From: Minisyncoccota bacterium
GTDB lineage: Bacteria; Patescibacteriota; Microgenomatia; UBA1400; PJMF01
Assembly: GCA_003173865.1 (NCBI GenBank)
Contig: PJMF01000003.1
Span: 1 to 62,770 of the forward strand
Length of the DNA stretch: 62,770 bases
Reading direction: 5' to 3'
The translations under genes and the position numbers were made by a program. Positions 1 through 8,878 of the stretch are shown here, piece by piece; position 1 is the stretch's first letter; each line of letters begins with the position of its first letter. Below the pieces are notes generated by a model, which was given only the letters and a program-made list of their open reading frames with translations, ran no database searches and was not told where the DNA came from.

Positions 1-114
1 TTCACCCGTATCTCGATTCAAAACGAGTAAACGACAGTGATCGCGTGGCTCGGTTGGAGTTTGGGCAATGAGTTCTTCTGGCAAATCAAAAGCAAATTGT
101 TCGAGAGTAATCAC
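1..114 (-). CDS. queA: S-adenosylmethionine:tRNA ribosyltransferase-isomerase QueA, N-terminal 38 codons (runs off the window edge)
   Basis: Partial, so absent from the ORF track. The minus-strand frame from GTG (112-114) stays open to position 1. It reads [38 protein letters not shown], which matches the conserved QueA N-terminus. It is divergent from its pathway partner tgt. Confidence 0.75.
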   Translation of the reverse strand, partial: MITLEQFAFDLPEELIAQTPTEPRDHCRLLVLNRDTGE

Positions 115-137
115 GCTGGTGATTATATAATACCTCG

Positions 138-1307
138 GTGTCAGCACTTTCACTCCCGCAATTTTCTTTTCAACTGCAAAAAACCAAAGGCCTTGCTCGA
201 GCAGGCAAAATGATTACTCCTCACGGAGAAGTTGAAACACCGATGTTCATGCCAGTGGGCACGCAAGCAACAGTAAAGGCGTTGGATACACGTGACATCG
301 TGGAGTCGTCTGCGCAGATTATTCTTGCGAATACATACCATTTATATCTTCGCCCAGGTATGGAAGTACTTGAGCGAGCAGGCGGGATTCATCACTTTAT
401 GAAGTGGCAGAAACCCATCTTGACCGATAGCGGTGGGTTTCAGGTGTTTTCACTTGGAAAGCAAATTGAAGAACAAAACATGACCAAGATTACGGAAGAA
501 GGCGTGCACTTTATCTCTTATCTCGATGGAACCAAGCACTTTTTCTCACCAGAAAAAGCCATTGAGGTTCAAAGACAGATTGGGGCAGATATTATTATGG
601 CCTTCGATGAGTGTACTCCTGACGCCGCTACTGCAGCATATGCACAGGAGGCACTCGATCGCACACACCGTTGGGCTCGTCAATGTTACGAGTATTGGGA
701 AAGTCAGCAAAGGCAAAGTAGTTATGGGAGTTATCAAGCGCTTTTTGGTATCATTCAAGGGGCTCAGCATCAGGATTTACGTCGTCACTCTGCACAAGTC
801 ATTACTCAATTGGATTTTGATGGAATTGCAGTGGGGGGCGAGACCGTTGGCTACAACATGCCAGTCACGATCGAGATAATGGAGTGGTTGCGTGATCTCC
901 TCCCCGAGCACAAACCTCGTTATCTGATGGGGCTGGGTCTGAATCCTCAAGATATTATTGACGCCGTGATCAACGGAGTAGACATCTTTGATTGTGTGGC
1001 GCCCACTCGTCTCGCTCGAAATGGTGCATTGTATAGTGGGACCCTGAATACAGAAGGGGAGAAGTGGGTCCTTGACTCTTCTTTTGATAAAGGGAGATTA
1101 AATATTGGGAACTCCCAATTTGCTGAAGATCAACGGGTGATCCAACCTGGATGTGACTGCACCACCTGTAAGTATGGATACTCTCGCTCGTATTTACGTC
1201 ATCTATATAAAACGCAAGAATTGGCGTACTATCGTCTAGCATCTATTCATAACGTGCGCTTCATGGTTCGCCTCAGCGAAGCATTACGCCAGGCAATTCT
1301 TGCGTAG
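138..1307 (+). CDS. tgt: queuine tRNA-ribosyltransferase (tRNA-guanine transglycosylase)
   Basis: 389-aa ORF with a GTG start. It has Tgt hallmarks: [36 protein letters not shown], and the C-terminal Zn site CDCTTC...H. Confidence 0.95.
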   Translation: MSALSLPQFSFQLQKTKGLARAGKMITPHGEVETPMFMPVGTQATVKALDTRDIVESSAQIILANTYHLYLRPGMEVLERAGGIHHFMKWQKPILTDSGGFQVFSLGKQIEEQNMTKITEEGVHFISYLDGTKHFFSPEKAIEVQRQIGADIIMAFDECTPDAATAAYAQEALDRTHRWARQCYEYWESQQRQSSYGSYQALFGIIQGAQHQDLRRHSAQVITQLDFDGIAVGGETVGYNMPVTIEIMEWLRDLLPEHKPRYLMGLGLNPQDIIDAVINGVDIFDCVAPTRLARNGALYSGTLNTEGEKWVLDSSFDKGRLNIGNSQFAEDQRVIQPGCDCTTCKYGYSRSYLRHLYKTQELAYYRLASIHNVRFMVRLSEALRQAILA

Positions 1308-1319
1308 ACGCGTTTTTAT

Positions 1320-2231
1320 ATGTCTGCCTACATCTCGACGAATTATCCGAAGAGAAAAGAGAAGAAAAAGAATCACTTGGTTCGTATGTTGGTTGCTTTG
1401 GTGGTTCTTTTTTTCCTATGTGTCGGGATAGGGTTTTGGGTATTGAGTACACATTCACCCGCACTTGAAGGTGTCCAACATATATTGATCGTTCCTTCTA
1501 AAATAGACGGATTTAGAGGAAAAATAATTTTTATTAATTTTGATCCCAGTAAGAAAAAAGTTACTGAAGTGCTTTTCCCACCCGAATCGAAAGTTGATTT
1601 AATTGGTGGCTACGGAAGTTATCCGCTTCAGTCGGTATACCCATTGCTTACTTTAGATAAAAGAGATACGTCTTTTATTACTGCAACATATAGTTTTGCT
1701 TTAAAGCAAGTGGTGGACCAAGTATGGGTGACTGATGATCAAGAGGTTTTTTCGGCACCTGATGACCTAAGGCAACTGGGTTTTAATCTGATGAAGTATC
1801 ACATTCACTCACCTCTCCAGATTGGAGATCGCTTACGGTTGTATCGCTCCTTCCTCCAAATAGATAAAAACCAAGTGGACACCCTGAGTGTAATCGATGA
1901 CCACTTCCAGTTTCCTGATATTGATCCGGCGTGTTCAGTGGCGGTAGTTAACGCTTTCGGAAAGAGTGGTATAGGGACTCAGTTCTCAAACGTGATTGAG
2001 AAAAGTGGCTTAACCGTGATCCGTTTAACTGATGATCCAAATCTTGCGGAGCACTCCCAACTGCTACGTGCAGACGCTGATCACTTGTGCGACGCAGAAG
2101 TAAATCACGTAAAAAATCTTATGCCGCTTAAATTGACAGATCAATCTAATAATGAATTTATGAGTAAATATAGAGCAAATGTGGTGTTGTTGTTGGGGAA
2201 GGATTTAAGCGCGGCTTTTACTCAGAAATGA
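1320..2231 (+). CDS. membrane-anchored protein with a LytR_C-like C-terminal domain
   Basis: 303-aa ORF with a basic N-terminus and one TM helix (LVALVVLFFLCVGIGFWVL). The C-terminal segment VAVVNAFGKSGIGTQFSNVIEKSGLTVIRL...ANVVLLLGKDL resembles the LytR_C fold. Confidence 0.5.
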   Translation: MSAYISTNYPKRKEKKKNHLVRMLVALVVLFFLCVGIGFWVLSTHSPALEGVQHILIVPSKIDGFRGKIIFINFDPSKKKVTEVLFPPESKVDLIGGYGSYPLQSVYPLLTLDKRDTSFITATYSFALKQVVDQVWVTDDQEVFSAPDDLRQLGFNLMKYHIHSPLQIGDRLRLYRSFLQIDKNQVDTLSVIDDHFQFPDIDPACSVAVVNAFGKSGIGTQFSNVIEKSGLTVIRLTDDPNLAEHSQLLRADADHLCDAEVNHVKNLMPLKLTDQSNNEFMSKYRANVVLLLGKDLSAAFTQK

Positions 2232-2245
2232 TTGCCTGAGTAGGA

Positions 2246-3025
2246 TTAATCTTCGTCATCACTTGCTGGGGCTTCTTCCATCGGTTCGTCAATTTGAAAG
2301 TGATCGAGCGTTTTTTCTTCATCTGCATCTGTGACAACAATTTGTGGGGGAATATCCTCGATTTGCAACGGAATATTGTCGTCAGCTAAAAACATGTCAT
2401 TGATCGTTGTGATCTGGTTTTTGGCGGATAAGAAAGAGTTCATGTACTCAAACTCTTTGGCGCGATAACTTTCTTTAATAAAAACACTGCAAGAAGTTGC
2501 AGAAACAGAACGGATGTAGCAGACATACTGATTGCCACCCTTCATGAGTTTCGCCAGCCGGGCAGAAAGGTCTTCTGGTAAAGAGCCAACATACATTTTT
2601 CCCACTTCAACCGAGATAAAGCGAGATTTTGGTTTTAATTGGCACACTTGGCCGATTGCCAAGTGAGCGAGTTGTTCTTTGCCGGCGAGGCGGTGTAACT
2701 CAACTGTTTTGGTTTTGCCAGGTTCTTCGATAAATTGTTCGTCAGCTGGAAGAGCAGAAAGGCTAATAACTTGATGATTTTTTAGTTTATCGAGATGTTT
2801 TTTTGCTAACTGATTTGATTTATCTAAGTCAAGAACGGTTGAAAATGCTTTTTTTGCTTCTTTTAACTTGTCCAGTTGTGCGTACGCAACACCTAAGCGA
2901 ATCAACGCACTAACGTTCTGGGGGTTCTCATCTAAAATTTGTTGATTGCAATCGATAGCAGCCTGCCAGTTTTGAGTTTTGGCGGCTTGAATAGCTTGTT
3001 GTTCAAGTACGGAGAAGTTATTCAT
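2246..3025 (-). CDS. tetratricopeptide-repeat protein with an acidic C-terminal tail
   Basis: 259-aa ORF. N-terminal TPR-type repeats (AIDCNQQILDENPQNVSALIRLGVAYAQLDKLKEAKKAFSTVLDLDKSN). The C-terminus is Asp/Glu-rich. Confidence 0.7.
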   Translation of the reverse strand: MNNFSVLEQQAIQAAKTQNWQAAIDCNQQILDENPQNVSALIRLGVAYAQLDKLKEAKKAFSTVLDLDKSNQLAKKHLDKLKNHQVISLSALPADEQFIEEPGKTKTVELHRLAGKEQLAHLAIGQVCQLKPKSRFISVEVGKMYVGSLPEDLSARLAKLMKGGNQYVCYIRSVSATSCSVFIKESYRAKEFEYMNSFLSAKNQITTINDMFLADDNIPLQIEDIPPQIVVTDADEEKTLDHFQIDEPMEEAPASDDED

Positions 3026-3059
3026 TTCATCTTGTAATAAAGTGTCGAAAGAATACGAG

Positions 3060-3087
3060 TTGAGAGCTAAAATGTCAATGGTACAAT
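3060..3087 (+). promoter_or_regulatory. candidate sigma70-type promoter for yebC (TTGAGA-16 nt-TACAAT)
   Basis: TTGAGA at 3060-3065 and TACAAT at 3082-3087. The -10 element ends 6 nt before the yebC ATG (3094), and I see no Shine-Dalgarno sequence in between. Confidence 0.3.
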
Positions 3088-3093
3088 CACCGT

Positions 3094-3651
3094 ATGTCAG
3101 GACACAGTAAATGGAGCACGATTAAGCACAAAAAAGGAATTGCCGATGTCAAAAAAGGCAAGCTTTTTAGCTCGCTCGCCAAGAATATCAGAATTGCAGT
3201 CAAAGAAAGCAAATCAGGTGATCCAAAGTTTAATGCTGCTCTTCGTTTAGCTCTCGATAAAGCACGTGCAGCAAACATGCCGAAAGAAAATATCGAGCGG
3301 GCGATTGACCGTGGTTTAGGAAAAGGAAAAGGTGGAGAGATTCACGAGGTTGTGTATGAAGGTTTTGGTCCCCAGGGAGTGGGCATTATCGCTCTTGCGA
3401 TGACTGATAACAATCAACGCACCGCCGGTGAAGTGCGGGCTATTTTTTCCAAAGCGGGGGGTTCTCTGGGTGGTCCAGGTTCAGCCATGTATTTATTTCA
3501 TCGACAGGGCGACGAGTTCAGCATTGCAATTCCAATGGAAATTCAAGATCCTGAACTGCAGGAGAAGACCCAACAGTTAATGGATACATTGCGCGAAAAC
3601 GAGGACGTAGAAGATGTGTTTTGTGCTGGAGTTTGGGAGGGAAAAGAGTAA
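3094..3651 (+). CDS. yebC: YebC/PmpR family DNA-binding regulator (short form, 185 aa)
   Basis: The N-terminus MSGHSKWSTIKHKKGIADVKKGKLFSSLAKNIRIAVKESKSGDPKFNAALRLALDKARAANMPKENIERAI is the canonical YebC signature. Confidence 0.9.
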   Translation: MSGHSKWSTIKHKKGIADVKKGKLFSSLAKNIRIAVKESKSGDPKFNAALRLALDKARAANMPKENIERAIDRGLGKGKGGEIHEVVYEGFGPQGVGIIALAMTDNNQRTAGEVRAIFSKAGGSLGGPGSAMYLFHRQGDEFSIAIPMEIQDPELQEKTQQLMDTLRENEDVEDVFCAGVWEGKE

Positions 3652-3663
3652 ACTGGAATCTCT

Positions 3664-4431
3664 ATGCGGCGACGCGAAAAATTCGTTTTGGCATCAATTT
3701 TACTCAGTTTAGGTTTATTGGCTGTCCAGTATGTTTCGCTCGATTGGCGTTATGTTGGCGTAATCTTGTTTACACTTTTGGCGTACTTTATTTCCGCGTG
3801 GGCTCTCTCGGATGATCTGCAAAAGTTCGAGTGGGTTACTATATTACCCTTGCCAGCTCTTTATGCTTGTGCCGTCGGTGCCTTTTATTTTTTACTTCCC
3901 ACAAGCTTGCTAAGCCGTTTTTTTGACCTGCTCCTCTTTGGGGTTGGAATGTATGCTTTATACCTGACAGCTAATATCTACTCGGTAGCAAAAGGCCGAA
4001 CAATTCAATTGTTGCACGCTGCCCACGCAATTGGTCTGTTATTTACTTTGATGACATCGTTGCTGTTTTTAAACACGATTTTTTCGCAGCACCTCTGGTT
4101 TATATTTAACGGCGTATTGGTTGGCTTACTCCACTTTCCGCTTATTTTTCTTTTTCTGTGGTCAGTAAACCTCGAGCCTCGAGTAGACAAACAGCTCTTA
4201 TCGCTAGCTTTTTTTCTGACTTTGATCTTGATTGAACTGGCAATTATCTTCTCGTTTTTACCGTTATCAGTGTGGAATACTGCGCTGTTGATTATGACTT
4301 TTCTCTATATTGGCCTGGGAATTTTGCAAAGTCACATTCAAAATCGCTTATTTAAATCTACTTTAACCGAGTACTCAATCTTGGCAGCGTTCACTGCTGT
4401 GATCTTTATTTTGTTGGTTCCTCTCAAGTAA
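3664..4431 (+). CDS. polytopic integral membrane protein, unknown function
   Basis: 255-aa ORF with about 7-8 hydrophobic helices along its whole length. It follows yebC after a 12-nt gap. I recognise no motif. Confidence 0.6.
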   Translation: MRRREKFVLASILLSLGLLAVQYVSLDWRYVGVILFTLLAYFISAWALSDDLQKFEWVTILPLPALYACAVGAFYFLLPTSLLSRFFDLLLFGVGMYALYLTANIYSVAKGRTIQLLHAAHAIGLLFTLMTSLLFLNTIFSQHLWFIFNGVLVGLLHFPLIFLFLWSVNLEPRVDKQLLSLAFFLTLILIELAIIFSFLPLSVWNTALLIMTFLYIGLGILQSHIQNRLFKSTLTEYSILAAFTAVIFILLVPLK

Positions 4432-5767
4432 ATTTGTTTCTGCTGGTTGCGTGAATTATGCAGGAAAAAGAGCAGGGCGGAGGAGTACGGGGCCACCGTA
4501 CGGGGTTAAAATTTTCCAGGCAAAATCAAGTATAAGATTTTCAGCTGAGTATTTCTCGCAAGATAATTAATTTTTGCATGGCAGGATGCCAAAAACTTAA
4601 AAAGCTTGCAGGCATTTGCAAAAATAAAATGGGGAAGAGAGCCAGATGTTCCAGGCGGGGAAGGGAAAAATGATATAGTTTGATACATATAAGAAATATG
4701 TGGAAAACTCAAAAGTTATAGGACTTTACCTTCTTGTCAGGAATGTGGAAAACTTTGCTTGTTTAGCCTGGGAAATGACAATTGTTTAATAAAATGCATC
4801 GAATAATCAAGTAATTTAAACGTACTCAATAGCTGCAGAGTGCCCCTCTTACCCTTATCTTACTCGAGAGCGCGTGAAAACAACATGAAAAATAAAAAAC
4901 CCGAATGCCTCCATACATATAAAGCCTGTAATTACGTTTAAACTCGGATCTATTCGAAAGACCTCGAGAGAGCAAAATAAATCGTTATTTATTGGTCCAA
5001 TTACTATATGAAGAGGAGATAGAGGTACCTCTCTCCCAATGTGGGTGTTCCCTCTATCGCACGAGCAGAAAAATGCTAAAGTAAATATGTCGCACAATAT
5101 AACTTTTACGACATGTAAGGCACGTAAGAACCAATTTAAGATTTGAGATGCTGTTCGAATCTTAAGTTCTTTTTTTGCAGACATGACAAATTTTTTTCTT
5201 TATTTTCCCTGTTTTCTTTTCTTTAGTGGCTCTATTGTGGCTAGTTGTTTGAACTTAATAATGACCAATTGGTCATCTTTTTAACAAAAAGCCGATTTTG
5301 AGCTTCCTATAAGCCATATATCTAAATATGATTGATCTATCAATCTAATATTGAGTTATAGAGTCAATTAATTTGCTTTTTCTGGGTTGGGTGTCTTTCA
5401 GCAGTTTCAAAGTGTGGCATGTGAACTTTGGTGAGCTGCTCTTTATGAAAAATGATGATCAAAAACTTCTGTTACCAAAATTTTTTATTACAAAAAATTG
5501 AGTGCGAGTGTCGCAGCCAAACGAAAATACATTGGTGATGAGCTTTTGGCAAAAGCGCAAACCACAATGAAGACTTGTTTTTTTAGTGAGAATGTCGCAC
5601 AATTAATAAAAAGCAATTAGCTGCCCACTGTAAAGAAATCCCATCCAGATCAGACTTGCTTTTTATTGTTTAAAAACATTGATCTATCCAACCTATTTAT
5701 AGAATGCAATGGTTGGCACTTAGTATAAATAATTGCTAATCCTCTACTCTTTGGTTACATCAAGTTC

Positions 5768-6745
5768 ATGCCGATTTCTTCTCAATCACAACCTGCTTTT
5801 CTGACTTTTCTCGAACATTTGGAGGTAGAACGGAATGTGAGTCAGTTGACGATCCGTAACTACAGCCATTATATCCGACGCTTTATAGAGTGGTACAAGC
5901 AACAAGGTCATGAAGATCTGCGAGACCTTGACACAGACATGATGCGCAGCTATCGCTTGTACTTGGCTCGGTATGTCGATGAGCAAGGTCGGACGCTTTC
6001 CAAGAAAACCCAGAGTTACCACATTATTGCCTTGAGATCTTGGCTAAAGTGGTTGATCAAGAACGACGTCCCTGTCCTGCACCCAGAGAAAATTGACCTC
6101 CCAAAGGGTGAGTCAAAGTCCATGCGCTTTCTGCATCTGGAGCAGGTGGAGAATCTCTTGCTTCAACCACCTTTAGGCAAGAAGAATGGGTTGCGGGATC
6201 GGGCAATTCTAGAGGTGCTTTTCTCAACCGGTTTGCGTGTCAGCGAGTTGGTGAGTCTCAACCGTGATCAAGTTGATTTGAAGAGACGGGAGTTCGGGGT
6301 AATTGGGAAGGGGCGTCGACCCCGGGTCGTTTTCTTAAGTGACTCGGCAGTCAACTGGCTCCAGCAATGGTTGGATTCACGGGAAGATAACTGGAGGCCA
6401 GTCTTCATTCGATTGTCTCAGCATACACCGGACCTTTTGGCTGATGGCGAGGAGATGCGTCTGACTACTCGCAGTGTTCAGCGGTTGGTAGATTACTACT
6501 GTCGAAAAGCCCATTTAGCAATTAAAATTACCCCTCATGGATTGCGACATAGTTTCGCGACAGACTTGCTTTCCAATGGGGCTGGCTTGCGAGACGTTCA
6601 AGAAATGCTGGGTCATAAAAACATTGCGACTACACAGATTTATACCCATGTTACGCAGCCTCAACTACGGAAAGTTCACCAACAGTTCCACTCTTCTGGG
6701 GTTAAAACCTCTCGTAAAGAAGCGGTCAAGGAGACGGAAATTTAG
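5768..6745 (+). CDS. tyrosine recombinase / integrase (XerC/XerD-like)
   Basis: 325 aa. It has an N-terminal SAM-like domain (FLEHLEVERNVSQLTIRNYSHYIRRFIEWY) and catalytic-domain motifs GLRVSEL, HGLRHSFAT and LGHKNIATTQIYTHV (the R..HxxR..Y set). Confidence 0.9.
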   Translation: MPISSQSQPAFLTFLEHLEVERNVSQLTIRNYSHYIRRFIEWYKQQGHEDLRDLDTDMMRSYRLYLARYVDEQGRTLSKKTQSYHIIALRSWLKWLIKNDVPVLHPEKIDLPKGESKSMRFLHLEQVENLLLQPPLGKKNGLRDRAILEVLFSTGLRVSELVSLNRDQVDLKRREFGVIGKGRRPRVVFLSDSAVNWLQQWLDSREDNWRPVFIRLSQHTPDLLADGEEMRLTTRSVQRLVDYYCRKAHLAIKITPHGLRHSFATDLLSNGAGLRDVQEMLGHKNIATTQIYTHVTQPQLRKVHQQFHSSGVKTSRKEAVKETEI

Positions 6746-7082
6746 CAGATTTATGATTTTACTGCTAATATGATGGCTCTTCAAAAAAAGGACGATGAAC
6801 CAATGTTTTTAAGGCTATTTTAGGCAGGTTTTTAGAGTTCTTTTGATGTTTTTAGATATTAATTGATATAAAATAATCTAAATAAAACTTTACCGATTCC
6901 ATCTCTTTTTCTCATGCTCTGAGGGCCATGTGAGAGCTAGTTGCCGAATTTGAGGTATTAGGTAAGACTTAGATTTTTGGCTGAGTTTGCCTAAAAAATG
7001 CGAGCCCATTTGGGGTTGAAAATGAAGGAAGGTGAAAAAAACCACGAAGCTCACCTTGCTTTTTACTCCTTTTTGATTAGCG

Positions 7083-7367
7083 TCAGCATTGGCCACAGAA
7101 CCGTACTGAGACCGTAGTCAGAAAGTGTTCAGTGGTGATGGGTCGGAAGCCGTATGTGAGTGAAGGTCGGTAGTCAACGAGAGTCATTACGGGTTTGGCA
7201 TAAACGATACGGTTGGTGAAAGGAAGCATGTTCTTCGCAAAGAGCTCGTATGAGTTGAGCGGAGCAAACTTGTCATTGGCAAAGAAGCGCCAATGAAGGT
7301 GGGAGTGAGAGCAGTGAACTGCAATATCATTGATAAGTGCTCCCCTCTTCCCTTTTCTGGCACCAGC
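7083..7367 (-). pseudogene. 94-codon open frame with no plausible start codon (possible gene remnant)
   Basis: The minus-strand frame is bounded by TAA (7368-7370) and TGA (7083-7085). It reads ...KRGALINDIAVHCSHSHLHWRFFANDKFAPLNSYELFAKNMLPFTNRIVYAKPVMTLVDYRPSLTYGFRPITTEHFLTTVSVRFCGQC. The first ATG is 46 codons before the stop, so the ORF track misses it. Confidence 0.3.
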
Positions 7368-7959
7368 TTAAAATTATATTCTTTTTTTATATAATTAATA
7401 TTATATAGATATATTCATATAATATTTGACCGCATGCTATTTGCCCAAAAAGTATGTGGGTCAAAATAATCTCAAATGTATCTTTTTGGATGGACCGAAG
7501 GGGAAAGCCAAAAAGAATGTTTGGTTGTGTAAGCTTTTGGGGTCCGTGCGAGGGGGTGGGTTCAGACGCCGTAATAAAGCAGTGAGCAGCGAACTCATGA
7601 TGTTCCCAACCTCGAAATTGAGTATAAAATATCATATTTATGTCTTTTGATATGTTTTGCAAATGAAGGGAGAAGGGTTTCGGAAATGTGGGCGAGGCTG
7701 CGGTCTTACGAGCTTCCGCGCTCTCCTCTTCCCTTCTCACACATTATGGAGATAAGGTAAAAACGTCACTCGTCGGGGGTTAAGTTGGTGAGAAGCTTTT
7801 GCAACTTGGTCCATTTCCCACCCATTGAAATGATCTGTTTAGGATCAATTTGTTCCTTAATGACCTAATTAATATAGGATAAAAATTAGCAACACAGACT
7901 TCGAGCTGCCAGAAGGTGGACAAAAAATAATCGTTTGATGAATCAATCTAAAATGGCTC

Positions 7960-8736
7960 TTATAACGTCTCGTAACTGAGGGTGACAGAATAGGTATAAT
8001 CTGTAGAACCAGGTTGGATATTGGTCGGTGCGCCAACGGCTGCATCGGCTGCCATGCCAGTTCCGAACGACTTTGCCATCATTGGGATAGGTCGTGGAAT
8101 AGTGTTTCCTTCACTGACATTAATGATCCGCCCGAGCTTCATTCCGGAGAGTCTGGCCAGTTCGTTGGCATTGTTTTGCGCATCCTGAATAGCTTTGGAA
8201 CGAGCCTCTTTAATGACCTCTTTTTCCTTTTGGTCGCTCAGGGTAAAAACCACACCATTGACTTGGTTAGCGCCAGCCGCGGTAGCAGTATCAATGACTT
8301 GGTTGAGTTTGGAGAAGTCGGTGAGACTGACGACGATGTTAGTATTTACTGAATAGCCTTGGATGCTTTGGATAGGTTTGGAGTAGTCGTAGTTTGGGTT
8401 AATTGAGTAGTCTTGGGTTTTGATGTTGTCTTTGCTGACTCCTAGGTTAACCAGCTTTTGGGTAATGTCATTGATCACTTGGTTGGCGTGAGTTTGCGCT
8501 TGCTTGAGATCGTTTTCCTTAAGCATGATTCCTAGGGTCACCTCAACTTTGTCAGGTTGGGTGGTGACGGTGCTTTTGCCAGAAACGTTGAAAGACGTGT
8601 CCTTCTGGGTGGTAGTTTGGGTGACAGAGAAAGGGATCGGATATACGTAACGGGTGACCAGGACGAGGGCAAGCACCGTGGCTGTGGCCACGAGGGCAGC
8701 TTGGATGAAGAGGGTGGGCAGGGATTTGATTGACAT
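7960..8736 (-). CDS. SIMPL (DUF541) domain periplasmic/secreted protein
   Basis: 258 aa with an N-terminal signal/anchor. The body (KVEVTLGIMLKENDLKQAQTHANQVINDITQKLVNLGVSKDNIKTQDYSINPNYDY...) matches the SIMPL / 26-kDa periplasmic immunogenic protein family. Confidence 0.8.
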   Translation of the reverse strand: MSIKSLPTLFIQAALVATATVLALVLVTRYVYPIPFSVTQTTTQKDTSFNVSGKSTVTTQPDKVEVTLGIMLKENDLKQAQTHANQVINDITQKLVNLGVSKDNIKTQDYSINPNYDYSKPIQSIQGYSVNTNIVVSLTDFSKLNQVIDTATAAGANQVNGVVFTLSDQKEKEVIKEARSKAIQDAQNNANELARLSGMKLGRIINVSEGNTIPRPIPMMAKSFGTGMAADAAVGAPTNIQPGSTDYTYSVTLSYETL

Positions 8737-8763
8737 TAAAAATTATTGTACACGCATTTTCAG

Positions 8764-8793
8764 TTGAGGACAAATCAAAGGATGAGCTATAAT
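8764..8793 (+). promoter_or_regulatory. candidate promoter for tRNA-Ala (TTGAGG-18 nt-TATAAT)
   Basis: TTGAGG at 8764-8769 and a perfect TATAAT at 8788-8793, 11 nt upstream of the tRNA 5' end. Confidence 0.35.
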
Positions 8794-8804
8794 AGCTGTC
8801 TTCG

Positions 8805-8875
8805 GGGCCCGTAGTTCAATGGTAGAATATGACTATGGCATAGTCGAGACGAGAGTTCGATTCTCTCCGGGTCCA
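8805..8875 (+). tRNA. tRNA-Ala (anticodon GGC)
   Basis: Hand-folded cloverleaf. Acceptor stem GGGCCCG/CGGGTCC includes the G3:U70 alanine identity pair. D arm GTTC-AATGGTA-GAAT. Anticodon arm TGACT-ATGGCAT-AGTCG. T arm GAGAG-TTCGATT-CTCTC. Discriminator A. No CCA is encoded. Confidence 0.85.
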
Positions 8876-8878
8876 CAA

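Noticed and set aside
4699-4752. DnaA-box-like TGTGGAAAA (fits TGTGNAWAA) at 4699-4707 and 4744-4752, also at 30252-30260; possible oriC in the AT-rich desert
   Set aside because: There are only two boxes in the desert, and the third is inside a coding region. No dnaA/dnaN is nearby, there is no clear DUE or box cluster, and I cannot compute GC skew here. The pair is more likely part of a local direct repeat.
4855-5184. 109-aa minus-strand ORF in the desert upstream of the integrase
   Set aside because: I see no RBS, no motif, odd composition (Cys/Phe/Ile-rich) and AT-rich surroundings. It could be a decayed gene, but I cannot support a CDS call.
6890-7096. 68-aa minus-strand ORF, plus the ORFs 7387-7740 (-) and 7426-7650 (+)
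   Set aside because: They are short, overlapping and lack motifs in a non-coding-looking region. I treated them as part of the possible pseudogene/relic region rather than as genes.
7096-7330. RNase P-like or other structured ncRNA (ACAGAACC and GGTGAAAGG strings)
   Set aside because: These are only isolated short resemblances. The conserved GAGGAAAGUCC P4 strand and the overall architecture are absent. The region is better explained by the start-less protein-like open frame on the other strand.
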